From a plasmid, in assembly GCF_054482525.1 (NCBI RefSeq), contig NZ_JBTHVG010000004.1: a stretch of 64,000 bases of DNA; one strand, 5' to 3'. Under the pieces are notes generated by a model. That model was given only the letters and a program-made list of their open reading frames with translations. It made no database searches and was not told where the DNA came from. The position numbers were made by a program, and so were the translations under genes. Shown here piece by piece: positions 56,323 to 64,000 of the stretch. The first letter of the stretch is position 1, and each line of letters starts with the position of its first letter.

Positions 56323-57997
56323 TATTGCCTCCTGACGGGAAAGTCGGGGTAATGATGATCACAAGCGTGCTGCGTTCATTTTTCCCGGTTTGTGAACCAC
56401 CAAATAATGGATTTGCTGGCGTAAACGTACCGGCTTTACTTGTCGTCGTATTGTTCTGATCGAAACCAGTAACGACAAGTGATTGCCCTTCTTTCAGATT
56501 GACCTTCTGGCTCAGTGAACGCAGTTTGGTATATGGCATTTCGATGTAACTGTTTCCGTCTTTTGACGTAAAGCTACGGATAGTCGGGGGATCAGACAGA
56601 TTAAAGTTCATCTGCAACTGGAGATTGCCTGTTTTCTGAATTAAAGGCAGCAGGGTCATATTGAATCCAGTGGTGATCATGCCCGGTGTTAATGTTGTTG
56701 TTGCCCCTACATCCGTAGTCGTAGTTGTTGCTGACTGGGCGACGTAAACTGTCTGATCTGCCATCTGGATAGGTACCGGCGTCAGGTTTGTGACCGTGCT
56801 TTCTTGTGAAGTTACAACGCTGACATCGCCTTGTTCACTCAGTGCTTTAATCAGAAGGCTGGAACCGCTGAATTTGGCGGCATTCCCTGTTGCCGTATCC
56901 AGAATTGATACGCCTGCAGATGTAGCGCCTGTAAAATCTCCGCTTGCATTGTTCAACGTTGCTCCGGCGGAATGTAGCGATTTGTAAACAAGGTTCCAGT
57001 CCAGACCGAACTGCTCGTTTCTGGTATTGCTGACGCTCAGAACCTGTACGTTCAGGGCTACCTGGCGGTTCATAATACTGTTTTGTTCGTCCACATATCG
57101 TGCGACGGCTTCCTGGACAGCAGGAGTATCAGTGACTGTTAGCGTTGAGCTCGATGCAGATAACCAGTAACGGCCTTTTTCTGGTGTCAGCATCGCTTCA
57201 ATAGTTTTCCGGATGTCTTCATACAGGTCGTATTCCTGACCGACGGTTGTGCTCTGAGAGGACGTAGCATCACCGGATGCTGAGTTATCCTGGCCTCCTG
57301 TTGCCCCCATTGTGCTTGTTGAGCCAGAGCTGACGCTGGAACTGCTGCTGGTTTTGGTGTTCAGCATATGAAGTGGATACGTTCTGGTTTCAGTCAGATA
57401 GAATACAATCCGACCATTATCCATGCGCCAGTACAGACCGCTTCGGCTGGCCATCAAATCCAGAAGACCATTGATATCTCCCTGCCACATGAGGTTATTC
57501 AGCGTTAATGGCTGAGTGGAGGTAGTCATTGTTGTGCTGCCCAGGCTGCTTAACGGCAGACGACCATTTTCATCAGGTGCTGGTAGTGTCCCAGTCATCT
57601 GGCGGGTAGCGCCTCCTTCAAGAGTTGAATTGGCTGCGTCAGGGGTGATGATTACGGGGATGCCGCATACGGCAGTAATACGTTGCCCCAGTTCCTGTAG
57701 AGTGATCTCTCCTTTTCTTGCCTGCGTGATGTAGCAGGCCGGAGCTGTTTGTTTTTTCTCTCTTGATACCTGAGCGACCGGAACAGGGTTTATCCATTGA
57801 TTATCGAGCCAGGTAAGAGCCTGTGATTTGCGGGCAGAAAGGGCTGATACCTTTTCCCGTGCATGTGCTGAGTCCTCCTGTGCTTTTTTCTGCATTTTAT
57901 TGATTTCGCTGAAAGTACATCCGGAGATGGAAAGAGCGACGGCGATCATGCAGGGGAGCACCGCCAGCTTCATTGAACGCTGGTGTGATTTTTTCAT
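56315..57997 (-). CDS. pilN: PilN secretin-family outer-membrane lipoprotein (560 aa)
   Basis: Lipobox LSISGC, a secretin-like C-terminal domain and a Thr/Ser-rich region; size identical to R64 PilN. Confidence 0.85.
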   Translation of the reverse strand: MKKSHQRSMKLAVLPCMIAVALSISGCTFSEINKMQKKAQEDSAHAREKVSALSARKSQALTWLDNQWINPVPVAQVSREKKQTAPACYITQARKGEITLQELGQRITAVCGIPVIITPDAANSTLEGGATRQMTGTLPAPDENGRLPLSSLGSTTMTTSTQPLTLNNLMWQGDINGLLDLMASRSGLYWRMDNGRIVFYLTETRTYPLHMLNTKTSSSSSVSSGSTSTMGATGGQDNSASGDATSSQSTTVGQEYDLYEDIRKTIEAMLTPEKGRYWLSASSSTLTVTDTPAVQEAVARYVDEQNSIMNRQVALNVQVLSVSNTRNEQFGLDWNLVYKSLHSAGATLNNASGDFTGATSAGVSILDTATGNAAKFSGSSLLIKALSEQGDVSVVTSQESTVTNLTPVPIQMADQTVYVAQSATTTTTDVGATTTLTPGMITTGFNMTLLPLIQKTGNLQLQMNFNLSDPPTIRSFTSKDGNSYIEMPYTKLRSLSQKVNLKEGQSLVVTGFDQNNTTTSKAGTFTPANPLFGGSQTGKNERSTLVIIITPTFPSGGNNG

Positions 57998-58010
57998 GAA
58001 TATATCCAGA

Positions 58011-58448
58011 TTAGTTAACGTAGACGACAGAACCAGCAGTAATGCCTGCCGGGGGTGTCAGACCGGTTGCAGTTCCTGATAGCCAGGTGAGTTGCCCGTT
58101 TTGGAAGATCCCTATTAGTGCAGAACCACGACTTTTTGAACGCAAAGTTTCAACAAGTCCTGGTTGTTCAGGCATCCATACCCACAGACGTCCCTGTTGT
58201 AACTGATGTTTAATTCGGGAGTCCGGAGTGACAGGGAGAGCCAGTTTATCTGAAGAAATTACTCCGTCCTGCTGGCCTGATACGTATCTGATATCATTGA
58301 TTCTGTTAGCAATCATTAGTATCTGACTTGCCCATACAGACGCACTTGCATATTGCTGGGCGTTCGTGGTTTCAGACATCTGCTGATTCTGGTAGCTTCC
58401 AGTGATAATCAGAATGGTCAGGCCGACGGCCATGACCAGCCATCCCAT
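58011..58448 (-). CDS. pilM: PilM (145 aa)
   Basis: Size identical to R64 PilM; N-terminal transmembrane segment. Confidence 0.65.
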   Translation of the reverse strand: MGWLVMAVGLTILIITGSYQNQQMSETTNAQQYASASVWASQILMIANRINDIRYVSGQQDGVISSDKLALPVTPDSRIKHQLQQGRLWVWMPEQPGLVETLRSKSRGSALIGIFQNGQLTWLSGTATGLTPPAGITAGSVVYVN

Positions 58449-59515
58449 TAGCGACCATCCCTTGTATCAGAAACTGTAATGATGCACTGCATGCGGGAGG
58501 CCTGTGCGTATAAAGGTTTTTGCGCGGTCCGATATAACTCAAATACCTGCTCCATGGCTGATTCAAATGATCCCCGGAACATCAAAGGCGCATCAAGACG
58601 GTAATCGGTTACAGAAAGTGGCCATATGACCATCCAGTGCGTTGATGCCATGCTTTCGCATTTTGTTTCTTCTGCCCACTTAATAATGTTTTCCCTTAAT
58701 GTAGTGCCTGCCGGCGCACGCCACTCTTTACCCTGAGATACCGGTTTGACAGGTGTCCCGGTCATGAGTGGGATAGACTTGACTGTGGAGCCGGTCGGAG
58801 TCGGGATTGCAGCGGGCGTAGACGGAGATACGCTGTTTCCCCTGAATGGGTTTCGTGGTTTGTTCTGGCTATTTGCTGTCGTTGAAGACTCCGGGGAAGT
58901 GGATGTGGTTACCATGGCTGCTGGCGAGATAGTGGTTGCCGTGTCCTGTGCCGGTGCAGTAGCCGATGTTGTGACGGTCAACGTTTTATTATCCCAGTCC
59001 AGATGGCCCCAGAGGTGTTGTTCTTCCAGCAACCGGTTCAGAGAACGGGTCCACTGATCATTGGCAGACCATGAAACCAGTTTGGTATTCAGTTTGGGCG
59101 TGGCTGCATTCTCTTGTCTGAATTTCCATCCTTCCGGTAGTAATGTTTTTATCCACTGACTGACGGTCCGGTTACGGGCCGTCGGCGATAGTGTTACAGG
59201 GGCGCTACCAGGCTTGCCTGTAATGATTAACCGGGAGAAATTCTGACTTATTGTTGGTGAAGGTAACGGTCGGGATTCGCTTACTGGCTGTGCTGTTTTT
59301 ACTGTCTCTGGCACGCTGACTCTCGGGGGCGGAGTTATTTTAGGTGGAGAAAGTCGTTGTTGCGTAAGTGCCAGGACGCCAGCACTCTCACTGATTTGTC
59401 CGTCAACAAAAACCAGAGCAGGCGTATCTGATGGTGCCACGTTATTGCCGCCGGAAATTCCGGCACAGCCGGACAATAATGACGGCAGTATAAGTGTCAG
59501 ACAGTTTTTTTTCAT
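58448..59515 (-). CDS. pilL: PilL lipoprotein (355 aa)
   Basis: Lipobox LLSGCAG and a Thr/Pro-rich linker; size matches R64 PilL. Confidence 0.7.
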   Translation of the reverse strand: MKKNCLTLILPSLLSGCAGISGGNNVAPSDTPALVFVDGQISESAGVLALTQQRLSPPKITPPPRVSVPETVKTAQPVSESRPLPSPTISQNFSRLIITGKPGSAPVTLSPTARNRTVSQWIKTLLPEGWKFRQENAATPKLNTKLVSWSANDQWTRSLNRLLEEQHLWGHLDWDNKTLTVTTSATAPAQDTATTISPAAMVTTSTSPESSTTANSQNKPRNPFRGNSVSPSTPAAIPTPTGSTVKSIPLMTGTPVKPVSQGKEWRAPAGTTLRENIIKWAEETKCESMASTHWMVIWPLSVTDYRLDAPLMFRGSFESAMEQVFELYRTAQKPLYAQASRMQCIITVSDTRDGR

Positions 59516-59548
59516 AACGGAGACTCCGTGTTCGTATATACGAGTTTG

Positions 59549-60142
59549 TTAATTGATGTGAGGCGGCTGGAGAGGACGAATGACGACTGTCATTCCGTCC
59601 GAATGCAAATGCGGGAAAGACCACTGAAATAAGAGATATATAAAAGGAATTGATAATTTTTCGTACAGACTTGTTTTCCGTGGGTATGTAATAACTGAAA
59701 AACTCAAATCATAAGATTTCAGTCTCTTTATAAGTTTATTTATTCTTGCTGGAGTAAAGAGATGTGAATGCATGACAATGATTTCATCATTATTAATTGC
59801 TTTTGATATCAGAGAAAGCAATACATCCCAGTGTTTCCTCATTGACTTCGGGCAACGTGTGTCAGCATAGGGGCTAAGATGTATAGTTGATTTCTTGCTT
59901 CCCTTTTTCTTCTTCACAAAGAATGTGAAGTCGTATTTAGATGCAGACCTTACAATAAGAAGTACACATCTGAAAAGTAGTGGGAAAATGCAAATCACAA
60001 CCACCACACAGAAATATAACATATAAGGCAATGATAAGTTGTCAGTGTATGGATAACGTAAGTATTGCCATGGGGTAGTGATGTACAGACAAAGCGTACA
60101 CCAAAGCAACCAGAGATATAATGGTACGTTATTATTTTTCAT
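59549..60142 (-). CDS. pilK: PilK (197 aa)
   Basis: AT-rich membrane protein in the pilK slot. Confidence 0.55.
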   Translation of the reverse strand: MKNNNVPLYLWLLWCTLCLYITTPWQYLRYPYTDNLSLPYMLYFCVVVVICIFPLLFRCVLLIVRSASKYDFTFFVKKKKGSKKSTIHLSPYADTRCPKSMRKHWDVLLSLISKAINNDEIIVMHSHLFTPARINKLIKRLKSYDLSFSVITYPRKTSLYEKLSIPFIYLLFQWSFPHLHSDGMTVVIRPLQPPHIN

Positions 60143-60266
60143 GTTGGCTGAGGCAGGCGACTAAAATAACAGACTAAGGAGGATTAACTGTTTAATTCTT
60201 TGGAACAAAAAAATGCAGTTCCTGATCATCACACACCATTGAATAAACATTTTGCTTCGGTTGCGT

Positions 60267-60521
60267 TCATGATAGCCAGTCCTGTAGATGCTGATGGCGG
60301 GAGCTGCTGCCCTTGTGCCAGCGGCAGTGGCTGCCGGGAGCACGCTCCAGTCGGAACAGAAATCGGTTGTCGCGTAGTACCACCACGAGACAGTTATCCG
60401 GCGTGCAGAAACGTCGGGCAAGCTCATCGGGGTCTGTCGGTGTTTTCGTTGAAAACAGCCTGCGTTTGCAGTGTGCGTCGACGACCAGTATTTGCAGTCG
60501 TCCGGGATGTTGCTGTGGCAT
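60267..60521 (-). CDS. small ORF (about 84 aa from MPQQHPGRLQILVVD...), possibly pilI or pilJ
   Basis: In the pilI/pilJ position; which of the two it is cannot be resolved from memory. Confidence 0.35.
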   Translation of the reverse strand: MPQQHPGRLQILVVDAHCKRRLFSTKTPTDPDELARRFCTPDNCLVVVLRDNRFLFRLERAPGSHCRWHKGSSSRHQHLQDWLS

Positions 60522-60692
60522 CAAAGACTCCTTCCGGAACGGGAAAAGAAGCAGCTGTACCGTCATAACTGCACGTACCGGTTGCGAAAAAACGGCACAA
60601 GCGAGTAGTGACAGAAAGAATGTCGGAAACGGCAGGAAGGGCGGTACAGGCTGCGAAGACTGGAAACGGGGTATGCCGGGGATTACACATCC

Positions 60693-61376
60693 TCAGTGTA
60701 ATGTGATAGTCGTCTGCTCCTGTGTTGCACCCCAGACATCTTCTGGCAAGCTGGGCAGCCCGATAAATAGGGTGTGAAAGAGGGTTTCTCTGCGTTCGAT
60801 CCCGAATTGATGTTCGTATCCTCTCACCACCTGAAATCCTTCGTCGGAGAATATTAACTCTGCCGTTTCCAGAAGCTGCATAGTTTTGCGGTGTAGTGGA
60901 GTGATCAGCTGCAACGTAACTGGTGCCCTCATATCGCCTGTCGGTAGAAAACACTCTTCGGTGCGACTTAGTTGTAGCAGATGGCGTTTCCCGGAACAGG
61001 CCCGTTCAATGGATTCATTGAACACCCTCTCAGGCCATGGGCAGACATAAGTGCGCCAGCCTGCTTTCTGTAATTTACCCAGCGCAGCCCGAAAACGAAA
61101 CAACGGACATTCCCCGACAGTGGCAGAGCTGAGAAAGAGCGTATTCAGCGTTCCGATGATGGGAATATTGCGATCTTTTTCGGTCAATGCTTTTAACGCC
61201 ATGATTTCGCCAGGGAGACTACTGAACTCAGGATGTCTGCTGGCACCAGAAAGCCATTCAAGCAGGTAATGCCGTAATCCGGTTTCACTGGTTATATTGT
61301 GGTTTTCCTGTGCCGTTTTCAGGGCATTCAGTGCACACCAGAGCAACTGGCGCACGGGATGTTCTGTCGTGGTCAT
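60693..61376 (-). CDS. hypothetical backbone protein (227 aa) at the head of the pil operon (pilI/pilJ/traD region)
   Basis: Clean ORF. About 250 bp of non-coding sequence plus the traB terminator lie upstream of it, so it probably starts an operon. Confidence 0.45.
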   Translation of the reverse strand: MTTTEHPVRQLLWCALNALKTAQENHNITSETGLRHYLLEWLSGASRHPEFSSLPGEIMALKALTEKDRNIPIIGTLNTLFLSSATVGECPLFRFRAALGKLQKAGWRTYVCPWPERVFNESIERACSGKRHLLQLSRTEECFLPTGDMRAPVTLQLITPLHRKTMQLLETAELIFSDEGFQVVRGYEHQFGIERRETLFHTLFIGLPSLPEDVWGATQEQTTITLH

Positions 61377-61596
61377 GCGAATGTCCTACTGTGAGATGAA
61401 AAGAAGACCGGTATCCGTTCTCTCCGCCACACGTGATGGCACGGGCCGGCCTTTGATAAAACGAATCAATACTCTGGGGTGAAGCCTTTTATTTCTTTCG
61501 CCATTAAGAAATACACGGTTCCATCAAAAGACAGGGGGAGTCCATGGTGGGGATGGCTTCGTGCAGGCTTCACTCCGGAATATTCTCTTGAATTGA

Positions 61597-61627
61597 AAAA
61601 AGCCCGGCCCGAAGGCCGGGAAATACT
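61597..61627 (-). terminator. rho-independent terminator of traB (minus strand)
   Basis: On the minus strand: cccggccttcgggccgggc followed by TTTTTT. Confidence 0.6.
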
Positions 61628-61629
61628 GG

Positions 61630-62163
61630 CTATGGGATGTTTACAAGGCGCTCCATAAAGCCGTGATGTTCGGCATTTGATACCAGTTCCAGGAGCAGGG
61701 ATATCCTCGACTCAGGCTGGAGAGTATTTTCCATTCTGAGGAGATACTGATATTGTGCTTTTGTCAGCCATATGCTGGAAGCCGCATTCAGCTCTTCCCT
61801 GGCTCCCGGATTTAGCACAGGGTCCGGGTAAATCTTCATTAATCCATCAACAATATCTTTATTGACGGGTTTTATTTCACCGCCAAACTTCACGAAATCA
61901 ATGAAGGCGCTATGGCGACGTAATGCCGATACTGGTTGAATGTCAAAATTAGCCAGAATAAAAAAGTACCCTGGAAAAATAGCGAATATTCTTTCACGGT
62001 AACAGCACCTGGAGTCTGCCCGTCTTATCTTTCTTGTTATTAATGGAGTCCATGGTACGACGTTTTGCTCATTCAGCCATGAGAATAAAGATTCTCTGTT
62101 TTTGCCGGCTGTATTATATTGCGCAAGATACCAGTTCCGGTTATTCAGGTGTTCTATATTCAC
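61630..62163 (-). CDS. traB: TraB-like NusG/RfaH-family transcription antiterminator (about 177 aa)
   Basis: NGN-domain signature (NRNWYLAQYNTAGKN...IFAIFPGYFFI) as in RfaH/ActX paralogs. Monocistronic, with its own terminator. The start is uncertain (GTG at 62163 or TTG at 62184). Confidence 0.65.
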   Translation of the reverse strand: MNIEHLNNRNWYLAQYNTAGKNRESLFSWLNEQNVVPWTPLITRKIRRADSRCCYRERIFAIFPGYFFILANFDIQPVSALRRHSAFIDFVKFGGEIKPVNKDIVDGLMKIYPDPVLNPGAREELNAASSIWLTKAQYQYLLRMENTLQPESRISLLLELVSNAEHHGFMERLVNIP

Positions 62164-62170
62164 GAAGTTC

Positions 62171-62297
62171 AACGCTCCGCGCAAAACCGATCCATGATGG
62201 ACGATTTTGCGATGTCAGGCGAATATGCTAAATCATATGTCTGAAGCAGTGTCCAGCCCATATCTGGATAAACTGCAGTTCTGACAGGCATATAACC
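62171..62297 (-). promoter_or_regulatory. conserved tra regulatory module, copy B (5' leader of traB)
   Basis: aacgctccgcgcaaaaccgatccatgatgg, and about 95 bp away ctgcagttctgacaggcatat. Confidence 0.5.
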
Positions 62298-62604
62298 AGC
62301 AGACTCTAGTACGTTCTGTATCGGTGATTTGGCGAACTCACAGATAAAGAACGGCTAAGCACTAATATCAGCAATACAGTGGCACAGTATTGTGATACGC
62401 GAAATAAAACATCAGCACGTCAGTTCAGAGTAAGGTCGCCATATATCGGGCATGAGCCAGATACAAATAATTGGGACACCGTCTGAAGTGATTTGCTTTA
62501 TTAAAGTAACTTGTGCTTGGTGTTTATGTTTATCAATTTGGGATCGCCTGTAAAGTGCAAAATGCAATTTCCATGAAAGTGTCCCCTTTAATGGGGACAC
62601 CTGT

Positions 62605-62913
62605 TCACATTTTTTCGTTTTCTTTAGCTGTATTGCTAATCATGAAAACGAACGTTCGCATCAGCACAGCAGAGCGAAGTGCATCATATCCTTCCAGATT
62701 TAAGTTCTTCAGGCTTCGCTTCAGGTAGGTTCGTACCGTTTCGGGAGAAAGCCGACAGTTCTGAGCAATGGCGTCGTAAGGAACACCCATTGCGTAAAAA
62801 ACGCAGACTTTAAGCTGGTTTGTTGATAGCTCGGGAAACATGCCTTCCAACAGAGTGATGGCCGGGAGTTTCTGTATCAGTTGAGGTGACATAGCAAAGG
62901 TCTCCGATGACAA
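62605..62913 (-). CDS. LuxR/FixJ-type HTH transcriptional regulator (102 aa), putative tra activator
   Basis: C-terminal LuxR HTH (LSTNQLKVCVFYAMGVPYDAIAQNCRLSPETVRTYLKRSLKNL). A palindrome GTGTCCCC-N6-GGGGACAC lies just past the stop. Confidence 0.6.
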   Translation of the reverse strand: MSSETFAMSPQLIQKLPAITLLEGMFPELSTNQLKVCVFYAMGVPYDAIAQNCRLSPETVRTYLKRSLKNLNLEGYDALRSAVLMRTFVFMISNTAKENEKM

Positions 62914-63232
62914 CTAAAAACGCTATCACTGAGTTCCTACGCTCATTGGTGATAGCCCAGACGGGGGTAGGAATACCGGCGTCATCGGAAACCGGCCAGG
63001 CTAATGCCTGCCCCGCCTGAGCTACCATAGATGACGACAAGAAATACAAGTTCCTGTCTTTATGGTATGGCAAAAAACGACGCCAAATGAAGAAATTAAC
63101 TTCTGCGCCGACGATGACTACGCGGGTTCCTACGCCCGATCACAGTTTTGCCTGTGACCAGTAAAGGGTACTTAGTATAACGCACCGAGTCAACTAACAG
63201 CTTAAAAAACATACAAAAAAGCGTCAAAACTT

Positions 63233-63360
63233 AACGCTCCGCGCCGAAGCGATCCAGGCGTGATGCTTCTGCTTTGTGGCGTTCGAACATGCTGGTCCAT
63301 ATGCACGAAACGGTGTCTGACCCTCGTCCAGACAATCCGCAGTTCTGACGAACATATGAA
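63233..63360 (-). promoter_or_regulatory. conserved tra regulatory module, copy C (upstream of the LuxR-type gene)
   Basis: ttaacgctccgcgccgaagcgatcca, and about 90 bp away ccgcagttctgacgaacatat. Confidence 0.5.
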
Positions 63361-63888
63361 CAAATATGCTCTTGTAGAGGCTGTTGTTACACAATTGGCG
63401 GGTTGTGTAACAAATGGTTTTATCATCTAAGAATTATTCTATTTACGATCGAATGATCTACAAAATGATTTTTTAAAGGTTTTTTAGATCGTTTAATTGC
63501 ATTAAAACAGAATATTATTCTGTTAGGTGGATCGGTTGTAAGATAAATGATCGTGAGCAGGACAAAAGTCGATCTTTTAATCCAAAAGAAGGATCTAAAG
63601 CAGAAAAATCTGCTTTTAAAAATAGATTTTATTTTTTTGACGCAGGTCAAGATTAACTTATTAGAGGTATCAGTGAGGAGGCACTGGAAGAGAAGAGATC
63701 GTTGTAATGCTTTTCAAATTAACGTAAAGCGGGTATATTTCGGCTGTTATTAGCTGTGCAGAGGGTGGCACTCTGTGGAGCAAAGCGGCGAAAGTCGGAC
63801 GGCAGAATGCGCCATAAGGCATTCAGGAGAGATGGCATGTACGGGCAGTAAGTCAGAAGACTGAAGATGTTCCGGAAGCCATAAAAGG

Positions 63889-63950
63889 AAAACCCCCACT
63901 ATCTTTCTTACGAACTTGGCGGAACGACGAAAGATAGTGGGGGCCTCACA
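63889..63950 (-). terminator. long-stem hairpin followed by a T-run on the minus strand (terminator for a minus-strand transcript entering from the right)
   Basis: 15-bp stem cccccactatctttc / gaaagatagtggggg with a 21-nt loop, flanked on the minus strand by TTTTCCTTTT. Confidence 0.4.
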
Positions 63951-64000
63951 GAATACGGGTAAAGTATAATGAAACCGTACCAGAGATTCAACCCTGTGCA

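Noticed and set aside
60313-60954. Overlapping 154-aa (+) and 176-aa (-) ORFs in the pilI/pilJ region
   Set aside because: They are mutually overlapping with Arg/Gly-rich low-complexity translations typical of out-of-frame GC-rich reading. Only the 60267..60521 minus-strand frame looks gene-like.
63202-63650. 74-aa and 75-aa minus-strand ORFs near the window end
   Set aside because: They are AT-rich, have no ribosome-binding site, and overlap the conserved regulatory module C and the GATC cluster. They are likely non-coding regulatory DNA.
63889-63950. Long hairpin whose loop contains TTGGCG, reminiscent of the IncI1 Inc antisense-RNA / repZ leader loop motif
   Set aside because: The strand logic would place repY/repZ at 62.9-63.9 kb on the minus strand, where no Rep-sized ORF exists. 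On the minus strand the hairpin is followed by a T-run, so it is more simply a terminator for a transcript entering from the right.
1-64000. Search for IS elements, integrons, resistance genes or a Tn boundary that might explain the cargo insertions
   Set aside because: No transposase, integrase (other than rci), attC or 59-be sites, or terminal inverted repeats were recognisable. Both cargo insertions appear to have entered by other routes (intergenic drop-in; homologous exchange at the pnd leader).

Overview
This 64-kb window is a near-complete backbone segment of an IncI1-type (R64/ColIb-P9-like) conjugative plasmid. Gene content, order and product sizes match that family closely.

Main blocks, left to right:
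- 1-8.3 kb: leading region, all + strand, pointing at oriT. It holds a ParB-like protein C-terminus, psiB, psiA, a conserved ORF, ardA, two unknown ORFs, an Rpn-family nuclease with a free-standing Rpn C-terminal mini-protein, an XRE repressor and a DUF4942-like gene. Three GC-rich structured non-coding elements look like single-strand (Frpo/ssi-type) promoters; two are ~85% identical repeats, each immediately upstream of a gene.
- ~8.40-8.48 kb: oriT with the characteristic inverted repeat, followed by nikA and nikB (relaxase).
- 11.7-12.5 kb: an AT-rich DUF2971-like cargo gene wedged between nikB and trbC.
- 12.6-17.2 kb: trbC-trbB-trbA on the minus strand.
- 17.4-18.7 kb: a 1.25-kb AT-rich insertion (363-aa unknown ORF) bracketed by 171-bp direct repeats of the pnd (hok/sok-type) leader, then intact pndC/pndA.
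- 19-20.8 kb: a small-ORF and repeat region, then excA.
- 21.6-45.7 kb: the full traY through traE block on the minus strand, including the sogL primase and nuc.
- 45.9-49.0 kb: rci recombinase and the shufflon (seven 19-bp sfx repeats, alternative pilV C-terminal segments).
- 49-60 kb: thin-pilus genes pilV through pilK (type IVB).
- 60-64 kb: two further backbone ORFs (60267..60521 and 60693..61376, pilI/pilJ/traD region), a NusG/RfaH-like regulator (traB), a LuxR-type regulator, a GATC-rich AT-rich region and a terminator.

No resistance genes, IS elements, integron or CRISPR array were seen.

Most noteworthy candidates:
- uncharacterised ORFs sitting directly behind ssDNA-promoter-like elements in the leading region (candidate anti-defence genes);
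- an Rpn nuclease plus detached Rpn C-terminal mini-protein pair (rpnE/ypaA-like, possible toxin/antitoxin or anti-Rpn);
- two low-GC cargo insertions (DUF2971-like; a 363-aa ORF inside a duplicated pnd leader);
- a thrice-repeated ~130-bp regulatory module with an ops-like motif and a conserved 8-codon mini-ORF upstream of traH, the NusG-like traB and the LuxR gene.
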